Assembly: GCA_016784145.1 (NCBI GenBank)
Contig: JADHVF010000001.1
Span: 159,339-223,338 of the forward strand
From: Patescibacteria group bacterium
GTDB taxonomy: Bacteria; Patescibacteriota; Patescibacteriia; UBA2591; UBA6264
Length of the DNA stretch: 64,000 nt
Direction: 5' to 3'
In this document: piece after piece, positions 1 to 8,132 of the stretch
Numbering within the stretch: the first letter of the stretch is position 1
Layout of the letters: every line of letters starts with the position of its first letter
Notes under the pieces: generated by a model
Told to the model about the DNA's origin: nothing
The model's database searches: none
What the model saw: only the letters and a program-made list of their open reading frames with translations
Position numbers and translations under genes: made by a program

Positions 1-61
1 AGCTCTCTTTCTGATATCTTTAAAACATCGTTCATTAAAATAAAAAAAAGGAGAAGCAAAA

Positions 62-724
62 ATGAGAGAAGACGAAATCTTAAAACAAACGTTTAACTTT
101 ATTATGAATCACTTCAAGATATCAATAGATGACATTGAAATCATTTTATTATATGGAAACAAACAAGGTGAAGACATTGACTTATTGGTAGTACTGCCTG
201 ATTCATATAGAGGTTATTCTCACAAAAGAAAAGAATATCTTGATGTATTTTTCTGTGGAAAAAAAACATTTGTTGATTGGATAAAAAAAATGGAGCCAAT
301 CATCACAGAGCCTATTTTAACAGGCACAATACTTCTCGGAAAAATAGAAAAATACAAAAAACAAATCACGCAAACGAGAATAAGCAAAAAAATTAGAGAT
401 AACTTAATACTTCGTGCAAAAATATTTTATTCTTTTGCTAAAATTATTGAGCAAAACAATAAAATGTCTAATAATCTTAAGAAAGGAATAACTCAAGAAC
501 AAGAAGTTCCATTTGAAGCAATTGAAAATCTAAGATTTTCATTAAGTTATATGCTTTTTGCTGAATACTATAAAGATAATAAGAAAGTAATAACTTTTAA
601 GAAATTAAAAAAGAAAATAAGAAACAAAAAAACTCTTTTATTCTTAGAAGAAAAAAATAAAAAGCATTACTCAATAATGGAATTTGAAGAATTGTTAAGA
701 AAAGTTAAATCAGAAGTTTTTTAA
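62..724 (+). CDS. putative nucleotidyltransferase-domain protein (minimal NTase-like motif GNKQGEDIDLLVV)
   Basis: ORF preceded by AAGGAG RBS. The GN...DIDLLVV segment resembles the GS-x-DxD motif of the Pol-beta-type NTase fold, but with an atypically short spacer. Perfect-palindrome terminator follows. Confidence 0.35.
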   Translation: MREDEILKQTFNFIMNHFKISIDDIEIILLYGNKQGEDIDLLVVLPDSYRGYSHKRKEYLDVFFCGKKTFVDWIKKMEPIITEPILTGTILLGKIEKYKKQITQTRISKKIRDNLILRAKIFYSFAKIIEQNNKMSNNLKKGITQEQEVPFEAIENLRFSLSYMLFAEYYKDNKKVITFKKLKKKIRNKKTLLFLEEKNKKHYSIMEFEELLRKVKSEVF

Positions 725-741
725 AAAAGGAGGACAAAAAT

Positions 742-771
742 AAAAAAGGGGCTTTTAAAAAGCCCCTTTTA
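742..771. terminator. perfect-palindrome intrinsic terminator aaaaggggcttttaaaaagcccctttt (bidirectional)
   Basis: GC stem flanked by A and T runs on both strands, lying between convergent genes. Confidence 0.7.
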
Positions 772-780
772 ACTATCTTA

Positions 781-960
781 AAAAAAACACAGGCATGTAA
801 AATAATCCTATTAAAAAGTATCTTTGTTAAACTCGTCTTTCCTTGTAAACAAAAAGGCCAAGCTAAATCGGTTACAGAGGCCGTACCTCCTCTGGAGGTC
901 TGGCCTCTAAAGTACAAATCCTGTGCTTTTGAAAAAAGCACGGGCATGTAAAATAATATA
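781..960. other. structured intergenic element: two 25-bp imperfect direct repeats (aaaaaacacaggcatgtaaaataat / aaaaagcacgggcatgtaaaataat) flanking a nested GC-rich hairpin (agaggcc-gt-acctcc-tct-ggaggt-ct-ggcctct)
   Basis: Read directly. Sits between convergent genes 62..724 (+) and alr (-). GC-rich in an AT-rich genome. Candidate small RNA, REP-like element or composite terminator. Confidence 0.35.
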
Positions 961-973
961 ACCCCAAACATGA

Positions 974-2092
974 TTACACATAAATCCTTGGAATTGATTG
1001 ATTTATTCTAGTGATAATTTCGTAATTGATCGTATTTATTTTACTAGCAATATCTTCAGCCTTAATTTCCTGATTGGCCTGCTTGCCTAACAAAACAACC
1101 TCGTCCCCTGCTTTAACATCTTTTAATTTAGAAACATTAACCATTGTTATGTTCATACAAATATTTCCTATAACAGAACATTTAACTCCCTGAATTAAAA
1201 CTTGTCCGCAATTAGATAGCCCCCTATCATAGCCATCCCAATACCCGACAGGCAAAACAGCAATAATTGTCCTTTGTTTAACTTGAACAGTCCTGTCATA
1301 ACCAACAAAACTCCCTTTTGGTAATGTTTTAACCTGAATTATGCTTGTTTTCCATGATAAAGCTGGTCTGAGATTAAAATGTTTCATTTTCTTTTTAGCG
1401 AATATTTTTGTGCTCCCCGACGGCCAAAGCCCATACATGGCAATGCCAATTCTAACTAAATTAAAAAATGTTGCTGAATTATTTATGGTTGAAGCAGAGC
1501 ATCCTGCGTGAATTAATGGAATATCCATTTCATTAACTATGTTTTTGAATTTTTTTGTTTGACTATTTGTATATGTCTGGTCTTTTGACTCAGAATCAGC
1601 ATAATGCGTAAACATGCCATTGATTTTAAGATTAGAAAATTTTTTAATTTCTGTAATAAAATCTTTTATTTGTTCAGGGAAAACTCCTATCCTGCTGATG
1701 CCAGTATCAACTTTAATATGAACATTAACTTGCTTGTTTATTTTTTTTGCAATTTTTGACAAAAATTTTATTTGCTCTGTTGTGTATATTGGAAATTCGA
1801 TTTTTTGTTTAAGAGCTTGTTCTATTTTTTTAGATGATAATTCATAAAAACTTAAAATAAAAACAGGAATTTTAATTCCTGATTTTTTCAAATATAATGC
1901 TTCATCTAAATTAACAACTCCTAAATAATCAACTTCTGAATCACAAACAATTTTAGCAAAATCTAATATGCCATGACCATAAGCATTTGCCTTGACAATG
2001 GCCATTATTTTTATTCGTTTACCAACTATTTTTCTAAATTGCTTTAAGTTATATTGAATATTGGATTTTTTTATTTCAACCCAAGTAAGCAT
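974..2092 (-). CDS. alr: alanine racemase
   Basis: Canonical PLP-binding motif VKANAYGHG near the N-terminus. Length 372 aa, with overall Alr fold signatures. Confidence 0.9.
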   Translation of the reverse strand: MLTWVEIKKSNIQYNLKQFRKIVGKRIKIMAIVKANAYGHGILDFAKIVCDSEVDYLGVVNLDEALYLKKSGIKIPVFILSFYELSSKKIEQALKQKIEFPIYTTEQIKFLSKIAKKINKQVNVHIKVDTGISRIGVFPEQIKDFITEIKKFSNLKINGMFTHYADSESKDQTYTNSQTKKFKNIVNEMDIPLIHAGCSASTINNSATFFNLVRIGIAMYGLWPSGSTKIFAKKKMKHFNLRPALSWKTSIIQVKTLPKGSFVGYDRTVQVKQRTIIAVLPVGYWDGYDRGLSNCGQVLIQGVKCSVIGNICMNITMVNVSKLKDVKAGDEVVLLGKQANQEIKAEDIASKINTINYEIITRINQSIPRIYV

Positions 2093-2097
2093 AAACT

Positions 2098-2727
2098 TTA
2101 TTTAATCACAGACAAAGCATCTTCCACTATCTCTGAAATTGGCTTTTCAGTATCAATGTCAGCTAAAATTTCTTCTTTCTCATAAAAATCTATTAATGGA
2201 AATGTTTGTTGTTTGTAAACATTTAATCTTTTTTTAATTGCTTCTGGCTGGTCATCGTCTCTTTGAAATAAATCTTCGCCACATTTATCACAAATGCCTT
2301 CTTTTTTTGGTGGAATATTTGTAATATGAAATATGGCACTACAATTTTTGCATGTTCTCCTTCCAGACAACCTTTGAATTAATATTTTTTCAGAGGCCTT
2401 AAAATTTAATACTTTATCAATAAATATTTCTGCCTCTATCAAAGCTTTTGCTTGTGGAATTGTTCTAGGAAACCCATCAAGAATAAAACCACCAGCACAA
2501 TCACCTTTCTTAATTCTAGTTTTTAATAAATCAATCACCAATTCATCTGGTACTAATTTTCCTTCATCCATATAATTTTTTGCTCTCTGGCCAATTTCTG
2601 TTTCCGCTTTTACACTTGCTCTTAATAAATCTCCGGTTGAAATTTGTGGAATGCTTTCTTCTCTTGAAACATATTTAGCAATTGTTCCCTTCCCTGCTCC
2701 AGGTGGTCCTAAAAATATAAAATTCAT
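2098..2727 (-). CDS. adk: adenylate kinase
   Basis: P-loop GPPGAGKGT, FILDGFPRT motif, and a zinc-lid C-x2-C...C-x2-C. Confidence 0.93.
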   Translation of the reverse strand: MNFIFLGPPGAGKGTIAKYVSREESIPQISTGDLLRASVKAETEIGQRAKNYMDEGKLVPDELVIDLLKTRIKKGDCAGGFILDGFPRTIPQAKALIEAEIFIDKVLNFKASEKILIQRLSGRRTCKNCSAIFHITNIPPKKEGICDKCGEDLFQRDDDQPEAIKKRLNVYKQQTFPLIDFYEKEEILADIDTEKPISEIVEDALSVIK

Positions 2728-2790
2728 AATTTTTATTTTAATGATTATTTTACATAATTATAACATTTATTTTTAATAAATCAATATTTG

Positions 2791-2826
2791 AAAAACATAA
2801 AAAGCCGTATTTATTTTAAAACACGG
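2791..2826. terminator. intrinsic terminator hairpin agccgt...acggct plus T-run
   Basis: Downstream of minus-strand ORF 2830..3174. Functional in both orientations. Confidence 0.5.
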
Positions 2827-2829
2827 CTT

Positions 2830-3174
2830 TTATTTTTGTAATAATAATAACGATCTTTCTTTTGCCATCCTGTTATTGTTATTCGTCCTAGCACGAATAA
2901 TACAAATATTTTGACAAAAAACTTCCCATTCATAAAACTGACAAATTCGCCCATCCTTAATCCCAAAATGAAACTTATTACTTTTAGCCCATCTTAATTC
3001 TAGGATGTCTTGTTTTGTAATTTTATGATTACTAATTATATGCTTTTTAATCTCTAAAAAATCAACATAATTGTATTTAACAACTCTATGTTCTTTGTCT
3101 TTAGAATTACACAACAAACATTTGAACAAAAAAAATCTACTATCAATATTATTCATTGCTGTAAAGTATCTCAT
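2830..3174 (-). CDS. hypothetical small protein with C2H2-like zinc-finger spacing (C-x2-C...H-x4-H) plus an extra Cys cluster
   Basis: ORF with GGAGGG RBS 5 nt upstream and its own TTGACA-17-TATCAT promoter. Divergent from the hexapeptide protein gene. Confidence 0.4.
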   Translation of the reverse strand: MRYFTAMNNIDSRFFLFKCLLCNSKDKEHRVVKYNYVDFLEIKKHIISNHKITKQDILELRWAKSNKFHFGIKDGRICQFYEWEVFCQNICIIRARTNNNNRMAKERSLLLLQK

Positions 3175-3212
3175 TGAATCCCTCCATCTCTTTATTTAAT
3201 GTACTAATCAAC

Positions 3213-3275
3213 ATGATATCAAAAAATCTTGCTTTTGTCAATCTAATTGACAACCAACCCTCTTTCTGCTACACT
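3213..3275. promoter_or_regulatory. divergent promoter pair sharing palindromic -35 region TTGTCAAT-cta-ATTGACAA (3235..3253). Plus strand TTGACA-17-TACACT; minus strand TTGACA-17-TATCAT
   Basis: Perfect 8+3+8 palindrome read directly. Each half provides a consensus TTGACA -35 with a 17-nt spacer to a -10-like hexamer. Candidate operator. Confidence 0.55.
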
Positions 3276-3311
3276 TAAAACTGGTTCATTAAATAAAAAA
3301 AGGAGGAAAAA

Positions 3312-3830
3312 ATGGAAAAAGGAATGAAAGGAAGTGATGGCACAAATTATCATCGCCATAAAAATGGTGGTGGCTGGGTTGCAGAAACTGCTTATGTTGC
3401 ACCAACAGCCTTTGTAGGACAAAAAGCATTTGTACTAGAAAGAGCAACTGTTATTGATAACGCAAAAATATATGGTAAAGCAATAATTTCTGGATCAGCT
3501 ACAATTTCTGAAAATGCAATGATTTCTGGAGAGGCTGAGGTTTCTCGAGCAGCCAGAGTATCTGGCAATGCAATAGTTTGTGGAAATGCCAGCATATTCA
3601 ATGCAGCCAATGTTTCTGGCAATGCTGTAATTTGTGGAAATGCACGAATTCAAGATGACGCAGAAATTAAAGGAAATGCAGTAGTTTGCGACAATGGCCA
3701 TGTCTATGGTCAAGCAAAAATTAATATCAATTCAGTAGTTTGCGACAATGGAAACATTGGAGAAGAAATAGACATCTTTGAAAGCATTATTGCATTCAAT
3801 CCATTTCAAAAACCAATAAAAAGAAACTAA
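3312..3830 (+). CDS. hexapeptide-repeat (left-handed parallel beta-helix) protein. Contains 21 consecutive A-x-[VI]-x-[GSD]-[NK] hexads with a Cys ladder (VCGNAS, ICGNAR, VCDNGH, VCDNGN)
   Basis: Strong AAGGAGG RBS. Strict 6-residue periodicity across about 126 aa. Terminator 3841..3874. The antisense ORFs in the track are repeat artefacts. Confidence 0.7.
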   Translation: MEKGMKGSDGTNYHRHKNGGGWVAETAYVAPTAFVGQKAFVLERATVIDNAKIYGKAIISGSATISENAMISGEAEVSRAARVSGNAIVCGNASIFNAANVSGNAVICGNARIQDDAEIKGNAVVCDNGHVYGQAKININSVVCDNGNIGEEIDIFESIIAFNPFQKPIKRN

Positions 3831-3837
3831 AAACAAC

Positions 3838-3875
3838 AAAACCGCTCTTTGACTAAAATTAGAGCGGTTTTTTCT
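3838..3875. terminator. intrinsic terminator accgctct...agagcggt-tttttt
   Basis: GC hairpin plus T6, between convergent genes. Confidence 0.7.
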
Positions 3876-3880
3876 ATTTA

Positions 3881-4402
3881 TTATTTAGCAACCCAAATAT
3901 CTTTATAAATAGGTCCCTCAAGAGTTAAAGTACTTTTTATAAGTTTAAAAGATTTAACTTGAAATTGACTTGGCTTAAAATTTATATTTTCAATTTTCTT
4001 TTTTAATAAATTATTATCTTTAACATGTTTCACCCTGCCAAGAGTAATGTGTGGATGAAACCTTTTTTCTTTGGCATAAAATCCTGTCAAAGAATTATCA
4101 ACCTCTTGTTGTAACTTTATTACACTTTTATTATTTTCTAATCCAACCCAAATAACTTTTATTTTCTTTGGCGTAAAATGTCCAATAGTTGAAAAGTTTA
4201 TTAAAAAAGGATTGATATCTACTTTCTCAAGTAATTGTTTTATTCTATCAACGCTAGTATCTGCGACTTCTCCTAAAAATTTTAGGGTTAAGTGATATGA
4301 ATTAGTATATTTTATAGTTGCCTCATCTCCTTTAATTTTTGTTTGCAAATTAGTAAAAAAATCACACAAATTATTAACATCAATAGCTATAAATAATCTC
4401 AT
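3881..4402 (-). CDS. thpR: RNA 2',3'-cyclic phosphodiesterase (2H phosphoesterase, LigT/ThpR family)
   Basis: Two H-x-T-x motifs (HLTLKF and HITLGR) with the spacing typical of LigT. Confidence 0.8.
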   Translation of the reverse strand: MRLFIAIDVNNLCDFFTNLQTKIKGDEATIKYTNSYHLTLKFLGEVADTSVDRIKQLLEKVDINPFLINFSTIGHFTPKKIKVIWVGLENNKSVIKLQQEVDNSLTGFYAKEKRFHPHITLGRVKHVKDNNLLKKKIENINFKPSQFQVKSFKLIKSTLTLEGPIYKDIWVAK

Positions 4403-4480
4403 AAAAAAATTGATTATATTTTTTATTTATCTTTATTAAAACTAAATAAATTATAACAAGCCAAAAGTTCCTTGCCAACA

Positions 4481-4509
4481 TTGACAAGAAATCATTAGTA
4501 TGTTATATT
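4481..4509 (+). promoter_or_regulatory. sigma70-like promoter TTGACA-17-TATATT for cspA, with a leader of about 100 nt
   Basis: Consensus -35, 17-nt spacer and a -10-like hexamer. Long 5' UTRs are typical of cold-shock genes. Confidence 0.5.
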
Positions 4510-4619
4510 TATTTTATTAGATATTTTAATCTTATTAAAAATCTAAACTTTTTAGTAAATACGAAAACATCGTCGAATTTCTATTTATTATTAGAAATTA
4601 ATCATTATAATTCTATTTT

Positions 4620-4817
4620 ATGGAAGGAACCATTAAAAAGTTAACTGACAAAAACTTCGGTTTTATTACTCAAGAAGATAGCGACAAAGATTTATTCTTT
4701 CACGCTAGCGAACTAGACGGAGTTGAGTTCAGTGACTTAAGAGAAGGTGACGCAGTAACTTTTGAAGTAAAAGATACTCCAAAAGGACCAGCTGCAAATC
4801 AAGTAAAAAAAGCTTAA
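4620..4817 (+). CDS. cspA: cold-shock protein (CspA family)
   Basis: RNP1-like KGFGFI and RNP2-like FFH motifs. Length 65 aa. Confidence 0.9.
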   Translation: MEGTIKKLTDKNFGFITQEDSDKDLFFHASELDGVEFSDLREGDAVTFEVKDTPKGPAANQVKKA

Positions 4818-4843
4818 TACCACTTTTTCAATAAACAAAAACA

Positions 4844-4876
4844 AAGGACCGCTTTTATTAACGGTCTTTTGTTTTT
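4844..4876. terminator. intrinsic terminator (ggaccg...cggtc plus T-run)
   Basis: Lies between convergent cspA and the dehydrogenase gene. Confidence 0.55.
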
Positions 4877-4881
4877 AGTTT

Positions 4882-5901
4882 TTATTTTACTTTATTAATA
4901 AACTTACCTTTTATAAACCCATTAATATTATCAACAGTTGTATCTAAAATTCTTTCCAAGGCCTCTTGCGAGTTAAAGGCATTGTGAGGAGTAACCAAAA
5001 CCTTGTCATCTTGAATTAATAAATGCCCCTGTAAAATTGTCCTCAAATCACGCTTTTCCTGAAAAGGCTTGGCTAATAATTGTTTTTCTTCTTTGATAAA
5101 ATACTCCTGCTCCAAAACATCCAATCCAGCCCCGGCTAATATTTTTTTATTCAAAGCAGTCATTAATGCTTGTGTTTCAATCAATCCCCCTCTGGCCGTA
5201 TTAATCAAATACGAACCTTTTTTAATTAATTTAATATTGTCTTTATTGATTAAATGATGAGTATGTTTATTATATGGGGCATGCAAGCTAATAATATCTG
5301 AATGAGCTAATAAATAATTAAAACCAACATACTTAACTCCTAATTGTTTAGCTAATTTTACATTTTTATTAGGATCAGCCACAACAACCTTCATTTCAAA
5401 TCCCTTGCCTATTCTTGCCACATGCTTACCAATACTGCCCATGCCAACTATGCCTAAAACCTTCCCCTTTAAGTCAAATCCACATAAATCATCAAGTGTA
5501 AAATCATATTCCTGTGTTCTCTCAATTGACTCTGGTAATTTTCTAGACAAGGCCAAAATCAAAGCAAAAGTATGTTCAGCCACTGTGTTTTCCCCATAAA
5601 CAGGTACATTGCAAACTTTTATGCCTCTCTTTTTACATTCAACTAAATCAATGTGGTCAAAGCCAGTTGACATGGTTGTAATAAGTTTTAATTTTGGCAA
5701 AGCATCTAAAACTTTTTTATCAATTTTAGAGTAAATAAAAACAGCTAAAATATCTGTGTCTTTTATTTTCTTTAGATAAGAAATTGATAACTGTTTTTCA
5801 AAAAAATTTAATTTTAAATTCTTCTTATTTTTTAACTTGTCTAATAAATATCTTTCTTCCCACTTGGCCGCTTCAAAAAACGAAATTGTTGTTTTTTTCA
5901 T
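4882..5901 (-). CDS. D-isomer-specific 2-hydroxyacid dehydrogenase (D-lactate/glycerate dehydrogenase-like)
   Basis: NAD-binding GxGxxG (GIVGMGSIGKHVA) and a catalytic His/Arg-containing C-terminal half. Length 339 aa. Confidence 0.8.
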   Translation of the reverse strand: MKKTTISFFEAAKWEERYLLDKLKNKKNLKLNFFEKQLSISYLKKIKDTDILAVFIYSKIDKKVLDALPKLKLITTMSTGFDHIDLVECKKRGIKVCNVPVYGENTVAEHTFALILALSRKLPESIERTQEYDFTLDDLCGFDLKGKVLGIVGMGSIGKHVARIGKGFEMKVVVADPNKNVKLAKQLGVKYVGFNYLLAHSDIISLHAPYNKHTHHLINKDNIKLIKKGSYLINTARGGLIETQALMTALNKKILAGAGLDVLEQEYFIKEEKQLLAKPFQEKRDLRTILQGHLLIQDDKVLVTPHNAFNSQEALERILDTTVDNINGFIKGKFINKVK

Positions 5902-5924
5902 ATATTTTTTAATTATTATATTAT

Positions 5925-6461
5925 TTAATTACAAATATCTTTCGTTAGAATGATATGTTTCTCTCCTATAATATGTTTCAAGCTGTCTATTATTAAATCA
6001 TTGTTTGCTTGACCATGCAAGGAATTACAAGCATCTTTAATCACAAAAGTTTCCAAATTACTATCAAATAAATCCATGGCTGTTTTTATCACACAAACAT
6101 CTGTATAAACCCCACAAAGATAAACTTGCTTGATTTTGTTATTGAAAATAAAATCCTTTAACTTTTCGTTTAAAATAATATAAGCACTATGCTCTATCTC
6201 TGTATTGTCTGTTGATTGTAATTCTAAAAATAATTGCCGTTCTTTAGTATTTTGAAACTTATCACAGCCCAGTTGTTTTTCAAATAAAGAATCCTTATTA
6301 TTAATGAATTTTGTTAAAACTATCTTGCCTTTAAAAGATTTTTTTAATTTCAAAACATTTGACAATATTGCTTCTGACTCAATAGCCCTAAATCCCTCCT
6401 GCATATCAATAATTAAAAGTAACTTATTCATTTTATTCTTATTTTTTAAATTTTTTATCAA
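5925..6461 (-). CDS. isochorismatase-family cysteine hydrolase (nicotinamidase-like)
   Basis: LLIIDMQEGF N-terminal motif and a catalytic Cys in LCGVYTDVCV. Confidence 0.7.
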   Translation of the reverse strand: MIKNLKNKNKMNKLLLIIDMQEGFRAIESEAILSNVLKLKKSFKGKIVLTKFINNKDSLFEKQLGCDKFQNTKERQLFLELQSTDNTEIEHSAYIILNEKLKDFIFNNKIKQVYLCGVYTDVCVIKTAMDLFDSNLETFVIKDACNSLHGQANNDLIIDSLKHIIGEKHIILTKDICN

Positions 6462-6687
6462 TATAAATAATTCTCCACCAATATTTTCCTGCCAAACAAC
6501 CTCCTAATATTCCCAAAACAAAAAGAATTACTGAACCAATGTCATGGATTATTTGCCATTGCGACCAATTTAATCCACTTACAAGATATTTAAGCACTGG
6601 GATTTCTATTAAGGCATGAATTATCGTGCTAATAATAATTCCTAGCACAACCCAAAGAAAAATATATACAAACCTTTTTATCTTCAT
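6439..6687 (-). CDS. small integral membrane protein (2 TM)
   Basis: Hydrophobic ORF overlapping the downstream gene by 23 nt. Confidence 0.4.
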   Translation of the reverse strand: MKIKRFVYIFLWVVLGIIISTIIHALIEIPVLKYLVSGLNWSQWQIIHDIGSVILFVLGILGGCLAGKYWWRIIYIDKKFKK

Positions 6688-6726
6688 GCTTTCATTGTAT
6701 CATATTTTTAAATATTATTACATATT

Positions 6727-6762
6727 TATATTCTTGACAAAAACACCAAATCTGCTATTTTA
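6727..6762 (+). promoter_or_regulatory. promoter module copy 1: tatattcttgacaaaaacaccaaatctg (TTGACA -35 plus conserved downstream 15-mer)
   Basis: Identical 28-mer repeated at 7239..7266. Positioned about 60-85 nt upstream of the GTG start of ORF 6817. Confidence 0.5.
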
Positions 6763-6816
6763 TAAGCATTAGAAGGGATAATCCCTTTATTCATTAACAA
6801 TCAAAAGGAGACGATT

Positions 6817-7134
6817 GTGTTTATACACGAGAATAAACCCATGGACATAGAACAGATGAAAAAGTTGATAGAACAACTTCAAGCATATCTGCCATTTTAT
6901 GGAAAAATCTTGTCATGCAAACAAGATGCGCCAGATTCTCCATTAGGGAGAATTGATAAATTGTGGTTGATAAAAAGTCATCTAAAGATTACTATTGTTC
7001 AAGAAAGAATCAATAAAAAGGGACGAATATATGACAAACCGCCCTTAAGATTAAAAATACCAATAGACGAAATACATGATATTTTTTCTTTTAAGACAAA
7101 AGATGGTCGGAATATTATTCTTGAACAGGAGTAA
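6817..7134 (+). CDS. hypothetical protein (GTG start, AAGGAG RBS)
   Basis: RBS 6 nt upstream of GTG. Has its own terminator 7164..7198. Confidence 0.45.
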   Translation: MFIHENKPMDIEQMKKLIEQLQAYLPFYGKILSCKQDAPDSPLGRIDKLWLIKSHLKITIVQERINKKGRIYDKPPLRLKIPIDEIHDIFSFKTKDGRNIILEQE

Positions 7135-7161
7135 CAAATGTTAATCATGTCCAGTCAATAA

Positions 7162-7198
7162 AAAGCCCTGAGATTAAAATCTTAGGGCTTTCGCTTTT
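7162..7198 (+). terminator. intrinsic terminator agccctgag...cttagggct-ttcgctttt
   Basis: Hairpin plus U-tract. Confidence 0.65.
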
Positions 7199-7238
7199 AA
7201 TATTATTGATCTTCTATTTATTTTTTAATACTATTTTT

Positions 7239-7274
7239 TATATTCTTGACAAAAACACCAAATCTGATATGCTA
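7239..7274 (+). promoter_or_regulatory. promoter module copy 2 (identical 28-mer with TTGACA)
   Basis: See copy 1. Upstream of ORF 7347. Confidence 0.5.
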
Positions 7275-7346
7275 AAGTATATCAAAACTCAAAAGAATTT
7301 ATAATTTTTTGAGACACTTTAAAAACAAAATAAGGGGGGTTCTTAA

Positions 7347-7652
7347 ATGAGACAAACAGCACTTGCTTTTCGTGAACTAGAGATTGCATTAGAAAACCCG
7401 AGCTGGGAATATCCTGAATGCTTGATTATTAATGAAATTGGTTGCTTTTTTTATAATGGGCACAAACCAGCTGAAAAAATTCTTGGGGATTTATTAAAAT
7501 CAGATAAAAAAGATAAGAAATACATTGCTTATTGTTTTTTGTCTAAGCCTAAAAATAAATTATCAAGAGAGACACTTAAAAAAATTACTGAATTTGAAGC
7601 AGATCCAGCTAACCAAGAATTAGTCAAAGACGCAAAAAAATGTCGCGAATAA
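7347..7652 (+). CDS. hypothetical protein
   Basis: GGGGGG-type RBS. Has its own promoter module and its own terminator. Confidence 0.45.
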   Translation: MRQTALAFRELEIALENPSWEYPECLIINEIGCFFYNGHKPAEKILGDLLKSDKKDKKYIAYCFLSKPKNKLSRETLKKITEFEADPANQELVKDAKKCRE

Positions 7653-7665
7653 CAAAAAGAACAAC

Positions 7666-7698
7666 AACAGCGGATTTAAAAAATCCGCTGTTTCTTAT
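7666..7698. terminator. intrinsic terminator cagcggattt...aaatccgctg-tttctt
   Basis: Perfect 10-bp stem, between convergent genes. Confidence 0.7.
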
Positions 7699-7702
7699 TT
7701 AA

Positions 7703-7909
7703 TTAATTTTTTATTAGTTTTTTTATTTTTTCAATTTCATCTTCTTTTTTATTAAAAAAAATAATAAAAGCAAGAATCAAAAGAAATATTCCTAAAAGGA
7801 TAGCAAAAAAATCAATTCCTGGACCATCAACAAATCCTAGAAAAAAAATAAACCAAATTGATAATAATGTTAGTCCGACTCCACTTATTCTTCTGCTTAA
7901 TTTATTCAT
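7703..7909 (-). CDS. small membrane protein
   Basis: Two hydrophobic helices. Length 68 aa. Confidence 0.35.
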   Translation of the reverse strand: MNKLSRRISGVGLTLLSIWFIFFLGFVDGPGIDFFAILLGIFLLILAFIIFFNKKEDEIEKIKKLIKN

Positions 7910-8057
7910 TTTTCTTTAATTAAAAATTTGCTATCGTTAAAACTTAAAATGACATAAATATAATAAAATTTGGCTATCATTTTGTTAATAACTAATTATT
8001 GCCATGAACCAGAATAAATTCGGTTCACGGCATAAATCAGAACTTCGTTCTGATTTA

Positions 8058-8132
8058 TGGCTCCGGAGGGCGGGTTCGAACCGCCGACACGCTGGTTAAC
8101 AGCCAGCTGCTCTGCCACTGAGCTACTCCGGA
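8058..8132 (-). tRNA. tRNA-Asn (anticodon GTT), CCA encoded
   Basis: Cloverleaf found in the reverse complement: acceptor TCCGGAG/CTCCGGA, anticodon stem-loop GCTGG-CTGTTAA-CCAGC, T-arm GGTTCGAACCC. Followed on the minus strand by two hairpins (8034..8057 and 8001..8031). Confidence 0.85.

Noticed and set aside
705-971. Minus-strand 88-aa ORF spanning the structured intergenic region
   Set aside because: It runs through terminator hairpins and repeats, has no RBS and shows no protein-like composition. Non-coding is more likely.
3392-3713. Two antisense ORFs (76 aa and 72 aa) inside the hexapeptide-repeat gene
   Set aside because: They are generated by the periodic GCN/AAT-rich coding repeat of the plus-strand gene. 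They have no RBS, and their low-complexity translations mirror the sense repeat.
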